Assembly (NCBI GenBank): GCA_963661495.1
Contig: CAVLCA010000012.1
Location: forward strand, 4,450-68,449
Origin: a bacterium
GTDB taxonomy: Bacteria > Bacillota > Clostridia > Oscillospirales > Acutalibacteraceae
Direction: 5' to 3'
DNA: 64,000 bases
Below the pieces are notes generated by a model. The model searched no databases. It worked only from the letters and a program-made list of their open reading frames with translations, and was not told the DNA's origin. The position numbers and the translations under genes are program-made. This document shows, one piece after another, positions 9,490-17,956 of this stretch (positions are counted from its first letter, which is position 1; each line of letters opens with the position of its first letter).

Positions 9490-11914
9490 TCGCATTCTCC
9501 CCCTTGCCGCTCTTTGCCTTTTTCTTTTTGATTGCCTTGCAAACCAAGCAAGAAATTGCTGCTACCACTACCATTGAAGCACCGGCAATAAGTGCATATG
9601 TTCCGCTTGAGAACACACTGCCTGCGTATGCGTTACTGTCAACATCGTAGAAAAGGTAAATACCTTTCTTAGAGTCTGCATATGTGTAGCCTGCTTTTTT
9701 GTTTGTAAGATTTTGAGCCGTGCTTTCACAGAACATTGAAAGAGGTGTGGAATCGTCCGGCACATCGCTCTTGCCGTACTGAACATCAAAATCAGTTGTA
9801 ATCGGGTCGCCTGCCGAGCTGTCCTTTGTTGTATAAAGTGCAACCCACTGTCTGCCGACATCACCGTTGAGGTCACCGTAATCTTCAAGGAGCTTGTTAT
9901 TGTCGGTTACCATCTGTGCTTCTTCTCTGTTGCACTTAACAGCTGTATAATAAGTAAACACCTTTTCGTCCTTGTCGTTTACGCCCTGATTTACCATATG
10001 CATAGGAATCGGTGTGAACTCTGCATTATAGTACTTCTTCAAATCTTGATATGAGCTCCAAAGTGAAGCTACCATCAAACCAATTGTAATACATGAAATT
10101 GCAACCGAAAAACCGGTCATCCATTTTTGCAATGAAGCGTTACCTTTTACAGCGTCGGTTGTTCTGGTGCCAAGGTTTTCACCTTGCAATGTTTTTTGAG
10201 TGTTTGCAATATCGTCAACCGAGTCTGCCATTTGATTTTTAATTGAGTTAGCTACATCATCGCCAACATCACCGACTCTCTCGGCAATTTGTGCTGAACC
10301 GTTTGCAATTTGAACACCCTTCGCACCAGCCTCTTCAAATACAAAACTACTGTCGGAAGAAAAGCTTCTTTCCAATGTCTCTGAAGCAGCACTTACTGCA
10401 TCGTCAAACCGATCTGCTGTTTCGGAAATAGCATTCGATACGGTTTCATGACACATATTAAAATCGGCGTCAGCCAATTTGCTTATATTCACCTTATTGT
10501 TCCAAATAATAGTACTTCTTGTCGTCCAGCTGGCAATTGTTGCCACCATACTAATGCCGGTCAAAACATACAAAAGTTTTGTTGAGCTTGAAATGAATCC
10601 TGTCCAGTTTTCAACAGCAACTTTGTTTGATGAATTTTGAAGTGCATATGCGTCGCCGGTAAGAGCAACATTTTCGGAAAAGATTGAACGGTCCATACCG
10701 GAATAAATCGATACATAATACTTTTCCTCATCAATATCAATGTTCTTTGCAGCTTCCGCAATTGACTTATCGTCATTGATACCCATAGAAACTATCTGGC
10801 TCATTGTGATAAAGCCAAGGCAAATTCTTTGGCCTTTTGTCAATGAAGCAACCAAAGGATAAAGCAAATATGCGTCTTCGCCCTCAACATCATATTCGTC
10901 GCTTGTTACCAAGTCGAGGAGTGATACATCGTCAACTACCAACGACTCTAACAAATTGTACTGAGTACCTACTGTAAGCCAATTAGACATATCAAAATCT
11001 TCGTGCTCTTTTGCATAAGCTTCAATTTCTTCCTGAGTGTTATCAAAAGAAACTCCTGCGTCTGTGTAATTTTTAAGATATGTTGCATACTCTTCAAACT
11101 TCGAAGCGATTGTCTTTGCATCAACATCATATTCTGCCGCAAGTTTTTTAGCAGCTTGGCTGACTGTAAGATTATCGTTTTCCATAAGGTCATCGACCAT
11201 TTCATCGTAAGTCTTTGCCTTTTGGTATCTGTCAATCCAAGTTTTGTCATTATCGTCGGAAGCAAGTGCGATTGCCTGCTCCATAACAAGAACAGATGTG
11301 CTGTTACCCTGCATAAGGATTGTTGTCAAGTCGGCAACCTTGCTTTGTTCTTTCTTTGAAAGAGCCGCAAATTCGTCTTCCGTGTACTCTTCCTTAACCT
11401 TTTGAATAAACAAGTCGCCCAAATATTCTTCTGTGTCGTTATCATACATATGGTTGAGCACTTCAAAAGCGGTGAGAGCACGCTGCTGACCGTTTTTGTA
11501 ATTTTCTCTAAATTCGTTAATTGCAACGATAAAGCTGTTAACAAATTCCTGAATATCAGCCTTTTGCTGTTCAACAAGCATTTGATAATCCTGAACGCTG
11601 TATCCGCCGTTCATATTCATTACTTTCATATCAGTAATAGCTTCGCTTGCCTTTGAGGTTGTTTTGTAGCCAAGATAAACAGCTCTCTTTGTTGAGAATG
11701 TGTCATCGGCGCCGGCATTAAGGTTGTCGTCAACAAACTTATAACCTCTGTTTTGGAGCCAAGACTTAGCGTCAGCTTCTGTTTTACCGTAGCTTAAAAT
11801 CAATTCTTTAACATAGGTCTTACCTGTAAATGTTGCCGAAAACGCCGTGCACGGCTGTAACATACAGGTAAAACAAAGAATAATTGCCACAATAGATTTA
11901 ATCATTTTCTTCAT
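9482..11914 (-). CDS. Uncharacterised three-span surface protein, paralog subfamily A with enlarged loop (810 aa)
   Basis: N- and C-terminal modules are colinear with 383..2635. The inter-span loop is about 133 aa, versus about 65-79 aa in the other paralogs. The start overlaps the 3' end of 11898..13178 by 17 nt. Confidence 0.9.
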   Translation of the reverse strand: MKKMIKSIVAIILCFTCMLQPCTAFSATFTGKTYVKELILSYGKTEADAKSWLQNRGYKFVDDNLNAGADDTFSTKRAVYLGYKTTSKASEAITDMKVMNMNGGYSVQDYQMLVEQQKADIQEFVNSFIVAINEFRENYKNGQQRALTAFEVLNHMYDNDTEEYLGDLFIQKVKEEYTEDEFAALSKKEQSKVADLTTILMQGNSTSVLVMEQAIALASDDNDKTWIDRYQKAKTYDEMVDDLMENDNLTVSQAAKKLAAEYDVDAKTIASKFEEYATYLKNYTDAGVSFDNTQEEIEAYAKEHEDFDMSNWLTVGTQYNLLESLVVDDVSLLDLVTSDEYDVEGEDAYLLYPLVASLTKGQRICLGFITMSQIVSMGINDDKSIAEAAKNIDIDEEKYYVSIYSGMDRSIFSENVALTGDAYALQNSSNKVAVENWTGFISSSTKLLYVLTGISMVATIASWTTRSTIIWNNKVNISKLADADFNMCHETVSNAISETADRFDDAVSAASETLERSFSSDSSFVFEEAGAKGVQIANGSAQIAERVGDVGDDVANSIKNQMADSVDDIANTQKTLQGENLGTRTTDAVKGNASLQKWMTGFSVAISCITIGLMVASLWSSYQDLKKYYNAEFTPIPMHMVNQGVNDKDEKVFTYYTAVKCNREEAQMVTDNNKLLEDYGDLNGDVGRQWVALYTTKDSSAGDPITTDFDVQYGKSDVPDDSTPLSMFCESTAQNLTNKKAGYTYADSKKGIYLFYDVDSNAYAGSVFSSGTYALIAGASMVVVAAISCLVCKAIKKKKAKSGKGENANA

Positions 11915-13178
11915 TTTTCTTCTTACCTTTCTTCTTATAAATTAATAATCCGACTACTACCAAAACGATAATAACCAAGAATACAATTATTGCCTTTATA
12001 TTACCCGAGCTGATTACCGAACCCGACTTATCGCCTTCGGTCTCCTCCTCGGTAGTTGCCTCAGTGGTTTCCTCTTTTTCTATATCAAGATATTCATCGG
12101 TAACTTCTTCAACCGTCGTGCTTTCCTGCTCGGTGGTCGCTTGTGTCGTTTCCTCCGGAACACTCACATTTGCAGTGCCCAAATAAATACCGTAAATTTT
12201 CCTGTCGCCTGCCGAAACACAACTGCATTCGTCTTTGCTTTTTGCAAACGATTTATATTCTGACGATGTTTTTGAAATCGATTTATTTGTTGCCGCATAA
12301 ATTCCTGCCCAATCGCCGAGGGTAAAACTGTCGTTAAACAACTTGCCGTTTGAAATATCAAGCAAGTACGCACCCGACTTGCCGTCTCGGCTGAGTTTTA
12401 CATCGTCGCCGTCAATACCGAGTTCGGTAACGGCTTGCGTTTGGTCCGCCGTTCTTTGATAAGCAATATAAGTCACATTATTATTACTGTCGGATATATC
12501 CTTATCCAAGTAATAATCACAGCCCTTTGATGCCGCCGAATTAAGTGCCTTGGCTTTTGTACTTGCCGTAACCATACACACATTTGAAATGTACTGCTTA
12601 ATACTCGACTCTCTGTACATCAAAAGATAAAGTTCATTGTTGCTGATACCTTTGTCGAAATTAGCAAGTTTGCCGTCATCGGTACGAACCGGTGACGAGC
12701 CGTCATTCCTAAGCGAAACAACGCTGTCTTCGCTCGTAAAGCCCGATACCGTATCAAGTGAGGTAATTCCCTCTCCCGCCGAACTGTCACTTGTGCAATA
12801 AAGATAAATTGCCGAGCCGGAAGTTCCGTTATTTAAATTAACATCCGCAACTAAATTATATGTATGACCGTTTGAAGCAATTGAGCTTTCTTTCTTGTCC
12901 GATACAATAAAATCTGTTATAGCGTTTGAGCCTTTTTTGTAACCCAAATATACCATTGAACTTTTGTTATCGTCCGTAACCAAATTCAAGCTTTGGAACA
13001 TAACCGAATATCCGCTTTTTTCAAGATTGGTTCTTGCGTTTGCTCCCGTTGCAAGAGTAACCTCGGAAATGTAAGATTCCTTGGCAAACGCACACACGGA
13101 GAAACTGTTTATAACCATACAAATCGTAAGCATTATGCACACAATTCCTATACGGCTTTTGTTTATTTTCTTAAACAA
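11898..13178 (-). CDS. Short membrane-anchored relative of the paralog family (about 426 aa from TTG 13178)
   Basis: From TTG 13178: MFKKINKSRIGIVCIMLTICMVINSFSVCAFA|KESYISEVTL..., with RBS GAGGTG at 13187-13192. Two copies of the family N-module. An acidic Thr/Glu stalk, one C-terminal span, and tail KKKGKKKNEEND. The ORF-track ATG at 13235 lies inside the predicted promoter spacer. Confidence 0.8.
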   Translation of the reverse strand: MFKKINKSRIGIVCIMLTICMVINSFSVCAFAKESYISEVTLATGANARTNLEKSGYSVMFQSLNLVTDDNKSSMVYLGYKKGSNAITDFIVSDKKESSIASNGHTYNLVADVNLNNGTSGSAIYLYCTSDSSAGEGITSLDTVSGFTSEDSVVSLRNDGSSPVRTDDGKLANFDKGISNNELYLLMYRESSIKQYISNVCMVTASTKAKALNSAASKGCDYYLDKDISDSNNNVTYIAYQRTADQTQAVTELGIDGDDVKLSRDGKSGAYLLDISNGKLFNDSFTLGDWAGIYAATNKSISKTSSEYKSFAKSKDECSCVSAGDRKIYGIYLGTANVSVPEETTQATTEQESTTVEEVTDEYLDIEKEETTEATTEEETEGDKSGSVISSGNIKAIIVFLVIIVLVVVGLLIYKKKGKKKNEEND

Positions 13179-13225
13179 AATTCCACCACCTCTATTATTT
13201 AAAATTATATATTTATACACACTAA

Positions 13226-13254
13226 ATTTTAACATTATGTTTATAATTTGTCAA
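13226..13254 (-). promoter_or_regulatory. Sigma-A type promoter for the paralog array
   Basis: Minus strand reads TTGACA (13254-13249), a 17-nt spacer, then TAAAAT (13231-13226). It sits in the 245-bp gap after rfbC, about 40 nt upstream of TTG 13178. Confidence 0.6.
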
Positions 13255-13480
13255 TAATTTGACAACAATTAAGTATTGTAAAAAGTTACAAATTAACGCC
13301 CCTGATTTTCAACACTTTTATTTAAATTTTCACCCATTCCACCACACAAAAACACTTTTAAAGCCGTCGTATAATTACAAGACTGTCAAGGCAAAATCAG
13401 TCTATAACTAAAAAATAAAACTCCTCACAGCAGACTGTCAAATCTGCCATAAGAAGTTTGTCAAAAACTCATTCAAAATA

Positions 13481-14023
13481 TCAAAGCATTTTCCAATTTT
13501 TATCTTTTTCCGAAAGATTGAGCACCATGCCGTCTGTAACCGGCCACTGTACGCCGATTGTAGGGTCGTTATATGCAATTCCGCCTTCATCATTTGGATG
13601 AAAGAAATCATCAACTTTATAGCAGAATTCGGCATAGTCGCTCAATACAAGAAATCCGTGAGCAAACCCCTTAGGAATAAAGAATTGCTTTTTGTTTTCC
13701 TCTGTAAGCTCAATGCCATACCATTTTAAATATGTCGGGCTGTTTTCACGCATATCAACGGCAACATCAAAAACAGAGCCTTTTATAACTCTGACAAGCT
13801 TTGATTGCGGATACTTTATTTGTCTGTGAAGTCCGCGAAGAACGCCTTTAGTAGAGGCAGATTGATTGTCTTGAACAAATTTAATGTCAATTCCGGCTTC
13901 TTTCATATCGTTTTCATTGTATGTTTCCATAAAATATCCACGATTATCACCGTGAACGGTTGGGGTAATAACGCAAAGTCCTTCAATCCCACCAACATTT
14001 TTTTCAACTGTAATTTGTCCCAT
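13481..14023 (-). CDS. rfbC: dTDP-4-dehydrorhamnose 3,5-epimerase
   Basis: 180 aa; motifs GDNRGYFMETY, VLRGLHRQ, GFAHGF typical of RmlC. TAATG overlap with rfbD. Confidence 0.95.
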   Translation of the reverse strand: MGQITVEKNVGGIEGLCVITPTVHGDNRGYFMETYNENDMKEAGIDIKFVQDNQSASTKGVLRGLHRQIKYPQSKLVRVIKGSVFDVAVDMRENSPTYLKWYGIELTEENKKQFFIPKGFAHGFLVLSDYAEFCYKVDDFFHPNDEGGIAYNDPTIGVQWPVTDGMVLNLSEKDKNWKML

Positions 14024-14883
14024 TAATAATCTATCTCCTTAAGGTATCTTGACAAAGCGTCTTGCCAAGTCGGAAGCGGATTAAATCCGTTTTCAATAAG
14101 CTTTCGTTTGTCAAGTCTGCTGTTAAACGGTCGCTTTGCTTTAGACAAACCGTATTCTTCTGTCGTCACCGGCTTGACCTTAGTTGAATAACCCGCTTGC
14201 CTGAATATCTCACAAGCAAAATCGTACCAACTGATATATCCACCCTCGTTTGTTGCATGATAGTAACCGTATTTTTCGGTTTCAATCATATCAACAAGAA
14301 GTCGTGCAAGGTCATAAGTATATGTCGGCGTTCCGATTTGGTCGTTAACAACCGTAATTTGCTCATACTTTTTACCAATATTAAGCATAGTTTTAATAAA
14401 ATTATTGCCGTTAACCCCAAAAACCCAAGCTATACGAACAATAAAGTATTTGTCGAGCGTTTCTACAACCGCAAGCTCACCATCTAATTTTGTTTGACCA
14501 TAAACATTAAGAGGTGCATAATCTTTGCAATCAGGCTTCCAAGGTTCTGTTCCCTGACCGTCAAAAACATAATCTGTGCTGATATACATCATCTTGCAGT
14601 TGAGCTTTTTGCATACTTCAGCAATGTTTCTTGTGCCGTCTGTATTTACCGCACGAACCAAAGCAATTTTGTCGTCATCTTCAGCGAGGTCAACAGCCGT
14701 CCAAGCAGCACAATGAATAACTGCATCCGGTTTTTCTTTGCCGATTACTTTCTCGACGCTTTGCCTGTCGGTAATATCCATATCTTTGATATCAACACCA
14801 ACAGCCTCATGCCCTCTTTTAGCCAATTCGTTAACAACATCATAACCGAGCTGACCTTTTGCACCCGTTACCAATACTTTCAT
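14023..14883 (-). CDS. rfbD: dTDP-4-dehydrorhamnose reductase
   Basis: 286 aa; MKVLVTGAKGQLG Rossmann start, YISTDYVFDG and YGQTK motifs typical of RmlD. Confidence 0.95.
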   Translation of the reverse strand: MKVLVTGAKGQLGYDVVNELAKRGHEAVGVDIKDMDITDRQSVEKVIGKEKPDAVIHCAAWTAVDLAEDDDKIALVRAVNTDGTRNIAEVCKKLNCKMMYISTDYVFDGQGTEPWKPDCKDYAPLNVYGQTKLDGELAVVETLDKYFIVRIAWVFGVNGNNFIKTMLNIGKKYEQITVVNDQIGTPTYTYDLARLLVDMIETEKYGYYHATNEGGYISWYDFACEIFRQAGYSTKVKPVTTEEYGLSKAKRPFNSRLDKRKLIENGFNPLPTWQDALSRYLKEIDY

Positions 14884-15903
14884 TTATCTGTTACCGTACA
14901 TCTTTTCATAATAATTTTGATATTCGCCGGAAATAATGGTTTCCCACCACTCTTTATTATCAAGATACCACGCAATCGTCTTTTTAATGCCGTCTGCAAA
15001 CTTCGTTTCGGGAAGCCAACCGAGTTCGTTGTGAATTTTTGTCGGGTCGATTGCATAACGCATATCGTGACCTTTTCTGTCAGCAACATAGGTAATAAGA
15101 CTTTCCGGCTTTCCGAGTTCCTTGCAAATCAGCTTAACAATGTCAATGTTTTTCATTTCATTATGGCCGCCAATGTTGTAAACCTCGCCGACACGACCGT
15201 TATGTATAATCAAATCAATAGCCTTGCAGTGGTCTTCAACATAAAGCCAATCACGAACATTAAGCCCCTCACCGTAAACAGGTAAAGGCTTGTCGTTAAG
15301 TGCATTTGCTATCATAAGCGGAATCAGCTTTTCCGGGAAATGATACGGACCGTAATTGTTTGAGCACCTGCTGATTGTTACAGGCAAACCGTATGTTCTG
15401 TAATAAGCAAGCACAAGCAAATCTGCACCGGCTTTTGAAGAACTGTACGGTGAAGATGTGTGAATAGGTGTTTCCTCAGTAAAAAAAAGGTCCGGTCTGT
15501 CAAGCGGCAAATCACCGTAAACTTCATCAGTTGAAACTTGATGATATCGCCGAATGCCATATTTACGACAAGCATCCATAAGAATTTGAGTGCCGAGAAT
15601 GTTTGTCTTGAGGAAAATGCCCGGGTCTTCGATTGAACGGTCAACATGAGATTCTGCCGCAAAATTTACAACTATATCCGGATTTTCCTCTTCAAAAAGT
15701 TTTTCAACTGTTTCTTTGTCACAAATATCAGCTTTAACAAACCTAAAGTGCGGATTTTCCATTACAGTAGTAAGCGTTGAAAGATTGCCGGCATATGTAA
15801 GCTTATCCAAACAAACGATTCTGTAATCAGGATGTTTTTTCAACATATAAAATATAAAATTCGAACCGATAAATCCCGCACCGCCGGTCACTATAATCGT
15901 CAT
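14884..15903 (-). CDS. rfbB: dTDP-glucose 4,6-dehydratase
   Basis: IIVTGGAGFIGSNF, YSSSKAGADLL. The ORF-track start at 15909 is TTG; ATG at 15903 follows a GGGAGGAA RBS. Confidence 0.95.
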   Translation of the reverse strand: MTIIVTGGAGFIGSNFIFYMLKKHPDYRIVCLDKLTYAGNLSTLTTVMENPHFRFVKADICDKETVEKLFEEENPDIVVNFAAESHVDRSIEDPGIFLKTNILGTQILMDACRKYGIRRYHQVSTDEVYGDLPLDRPDLFFTEETPIHTSSPYSSSKAGADLLVLAYYRTYGLPVTISRCSNNYGPYHFPEKLIPLMIANALNDKPLPVYGEGLNVRDWLYVEDHCKAIDLIIHNGRVGEVYNIGGHNEMKNIDIVKLICKELGKPESLITYVADRKGHDMRYAIDPTKIHNELGWLPETKFADGIKKTIAWYLDNKEWWETIISGEYQNYYEKMYGNR

Positions 15904-15905
15904 TG

Positions 15906-16799
15906 TCAAATTCCTCCCAAAGTTCCTTCCTCAGCTACCTTTTTAAGATACTTGCCATAGTCGGATTTTCCGTACTTTTCCGCCGATTCAATAAGTTTGT
16001 CTATATTAATCCAACCTTTACGCCAAGCAATTTCCTCCGGAGCCGAAATACAAATTGCCTGCCGATTTTGAATCGTTCTGACAAAATCAGCCGCGTCAAT
16101 AAGACTGTCCATTGTTCCGGTATCAAGCCAAGCAAACCCTCTGCCAAGAAGCTTAACATCGAGTTCGCCGCTGTCAAGGTACACTCTGTTAAGGTCTGTA
16201 ATTTCCAATTCACCGCGAGCAGACGGCTTTTGATTTTTTGCATATTCAACACAGCGATTATCATAAAAATACAATCCCGTAATCGCCCACGGCGACTTCG
16301 GATTTTTAGGTTTTTCCTCAACAGAAAGTACTTTCCCGGTTTTGTCAAACTCAACAATACCAAATCTTTCCGGGTCTTCAACATGATAACCGAAAACAGT
16401 TGCTCTGTGATTTTCTTCGGCATTTTCCTTTGCTTTAACGAGAATATCGCCAAATCCGGCACCGTAAAAAATATTATCACCCAACACCATAGCACAACAG
16501 TCATCGCCAATAAAATCCTCACCCAAAGTAAACGCTTGAGCAAGCCCATCCGGAGACGGCTGAACTTTGTATGAAAGCTTCACTCCAAATTGACTTCCGT
16601 CGCCGAGAAGTCGCTCAAAATTCGGCAAATCGTTCGGAGTTGAAATGATTAGGATATCATTTATTCCGGCAAGCATAAGTGTACTCAGCGGATAATAAAT
16701 CATAGGTTTGTCGTATATCGGTAACAGTTGCTTTGATGTTACCATTGTTAACGGGTATAGCCTCGTTCCGCTTCCCCCTGCAAGAATTATACCTTTCAT
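15906..16799 (-). CDS. rfbA: Glucose-1-phosphate thymidylyltransferase
   Basis: [18 protein letters not shown]... The ORF-track start at 16805 is GTG; ATG at 16799 follows an AGGAAAGG RBS. Confidence 0.95.
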   Translation of the reverse strand: MKGIILAGGSGTRLYPLTMVTSKQLLPIYDKPMIYYPLSTLMLAGINDILIISTPNDLPNFERLLGDGSQFGVKLSYKVQPSPDGLAQAFTLGEDFIGDDCCAMVLGDNIFYGAGFGDILVKAKENAEENHRATVFGYHVEDPERFGIVEFDKTGKVLSVEEKPKNPKSPWAITGLYFYDNRCVEYAKNQKPSARGELEITDLNRVYLDSGELDVKLLGRGFAWLDTGTMDSLIDAADFVRTIQNRQAICISAPEEIAWRKGWINIDKLIESAEKYGKSDYGKYLKKVAEEGTLGGI

Positions 16800-16836
16800 A
16801 AACACCTTTCCTTAATGGACATAAAAACCACAAAAA

Positions 16837-17955
16837 TCACAAAAGACTTTTTATTTTATTTTTTACACGATCTATTGTGGTGGGCAAAAAACATTTTGTA
16901 TACAAATAATCAAAGTTTTTGCTTGAAATATTCCGTAAATACTTATTTCTTTTGTAATGCGGAGCAACTGATTTCACGGCTGAAGAGTTATACTTTAACG
17001 CATTATCAATTAAAATCTTTTTATATTTTAAAGAGGTTTTGATTGAATTAAAACAAAATTCACCTTTGTCACTGTTAATTAAAACCAAAGATGTTCCTTT
17101 ATCATCAAACATTTCGGGTAAAATATTTTGAACTCCCCAAAAATCCGCCAATGTTATATCGCTTGCTCTTTCTATAGATTTAAATTCACAATTATAGCAA
17201 GATTCCCTTAAACTGATATTTTGAAGAAACATTTGCATATAAGGATTTAGGTTAAATATAAAGCTTTTTGTCAAATCTTTATATTTTATAACAAGACTAT
17301 AATCCAACCAGCCTTTTGATTTGTTTCTAAAATTCACTTCTATAGGCTGGGTGAAATAAACAGATTTCAGGTATTTTTGCCATAATAGCGGACTTGGTAC
17401 TCCATGACAAATTATGTCTTGAGTAATTAAATTACTATATTTCTTACTCAAAAAGGAAAGCAAACCGTTAATTTGACAAGGTGTTCCTGTAAATAAAACC
17501 AATATTCCCTTTTCTAACTTTTTCTTTGCCTCTCTATATGAAGTGCCGATTGTACTCTGTACATATTTTGATTTTTGTAATTTATATAAATCAGATTTAT
17601 CCGATATACATATATGTTTAACATTGAAGTCTTCATCAAATGCCGCACCAAATACTACTCCGTCATTTTCTAAAACATAATTAGCAAGAAGATTAAACAT
17701 CCCTCCGGACGAACTGTCCAATCTAACCTCATCATTTTTATTAATGGCAGCATATGCTTCAATATGATTTTTTATTGCCTTATCGTTCAACAAAGGGCAA
17801 ACCTTTTCACACAGTCCGCAATTTACACAAAGTGCACTGTCAACTTCCGGGTATAAAAAGCCTTCAACATTAGGCTTCATCGTAATACAATTTTTAAGGC
17901 ATATATTATAACAAGCATGACAGCCGTTACAATAAATTTCATCAGGCATAATCAT
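16837..17955 (-). CDS. Fe-S protein resembling the coenzyme F420 hydrogenase/dehydrogenase beta subunit (usual partner of polysaccharide pyruvyl transferases)
   Basis: Two ferredoxin-type Cys clusters, CNGCHACYNICLKNC and CVNCGLCEKVCP, followed by an about 300-aa domain. Lies near the pyruvyl-transferase gene, separated from it by the flippase gene. Confidence 0.7.
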   Translation of the reverse strand: MIMPDEIYCNGCHACYNICLKNCITMKPNVEGFLYPEVDSALCVNCGLCEKVCPLLNDKAIKNHIEAYAAINKNDEVRLDSSSGGMFNLLANYVLENDGVVFGAAFDEDFNVKHICISDKSDLYKLQKSKYVQSTIGTSYREAKKKLEKGILVLFTGTPCQINGLLSFLSKKYSNLITQDIICHGVPSPLLWQKYLKSVYFTQPIEVNFRNKSKGWLDYSLVIKYKDLTKSFIFNLNPYMQMFLQNISLRESCYNCEFKSIERASDITLADFWGVQNILPEMFDDKGTSLVLINSDKGEFCFNSIKTSLKYKKILIDNALKYNSSAVKSVAPHYKRNKYLRNISSKNFDYLYTKCFLPTTIDRVKNKIKSLL

Positions 17956-17956
17956 A

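Noticed and set aside
242-9650. Numerous plus-strand ORFs of 60-160 aa inside the paralog array (for example 242..496, 2535..2741, 2844..3227, 4164..4637, 6964..7296, 9326..9577).
   Set aside because: All are antisense shadows of long, motif-bearing minus-strand genes. Several start with TTG, lack an RBS, and their mutual similarity merely mirrors the conserved signal-peptide DNA on the other strand.
1-13254. Phase-variation or diversity-generating mechanisms in the paralog array (invertible promoter, long homopolymer or SSR tracts, DGR template/variable repeats with a reverse transcriptase).
   Set aside because: There are no flanking inverted repeats around the promoter apart from a 7-bp palindrome. 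Only A7/T7 tracts occur, mostly in the Lys-rich tails, where a frameshift would change only a few residues. There is no reverse transcriptase or recombinase gene in the window.
14494-16574. Long plus-strand ORFs 14494..15285 (263 aa) and 15903..16574 (223 aa), and the minus-strand alternative-frame ORF 16001..16549.
   Set aside because: They fully overlap rfbD/rfbB/rfbA, whose products carry unmistakable Rml motifs. The overlapping ORFs have low-complexity, motif-free translations.
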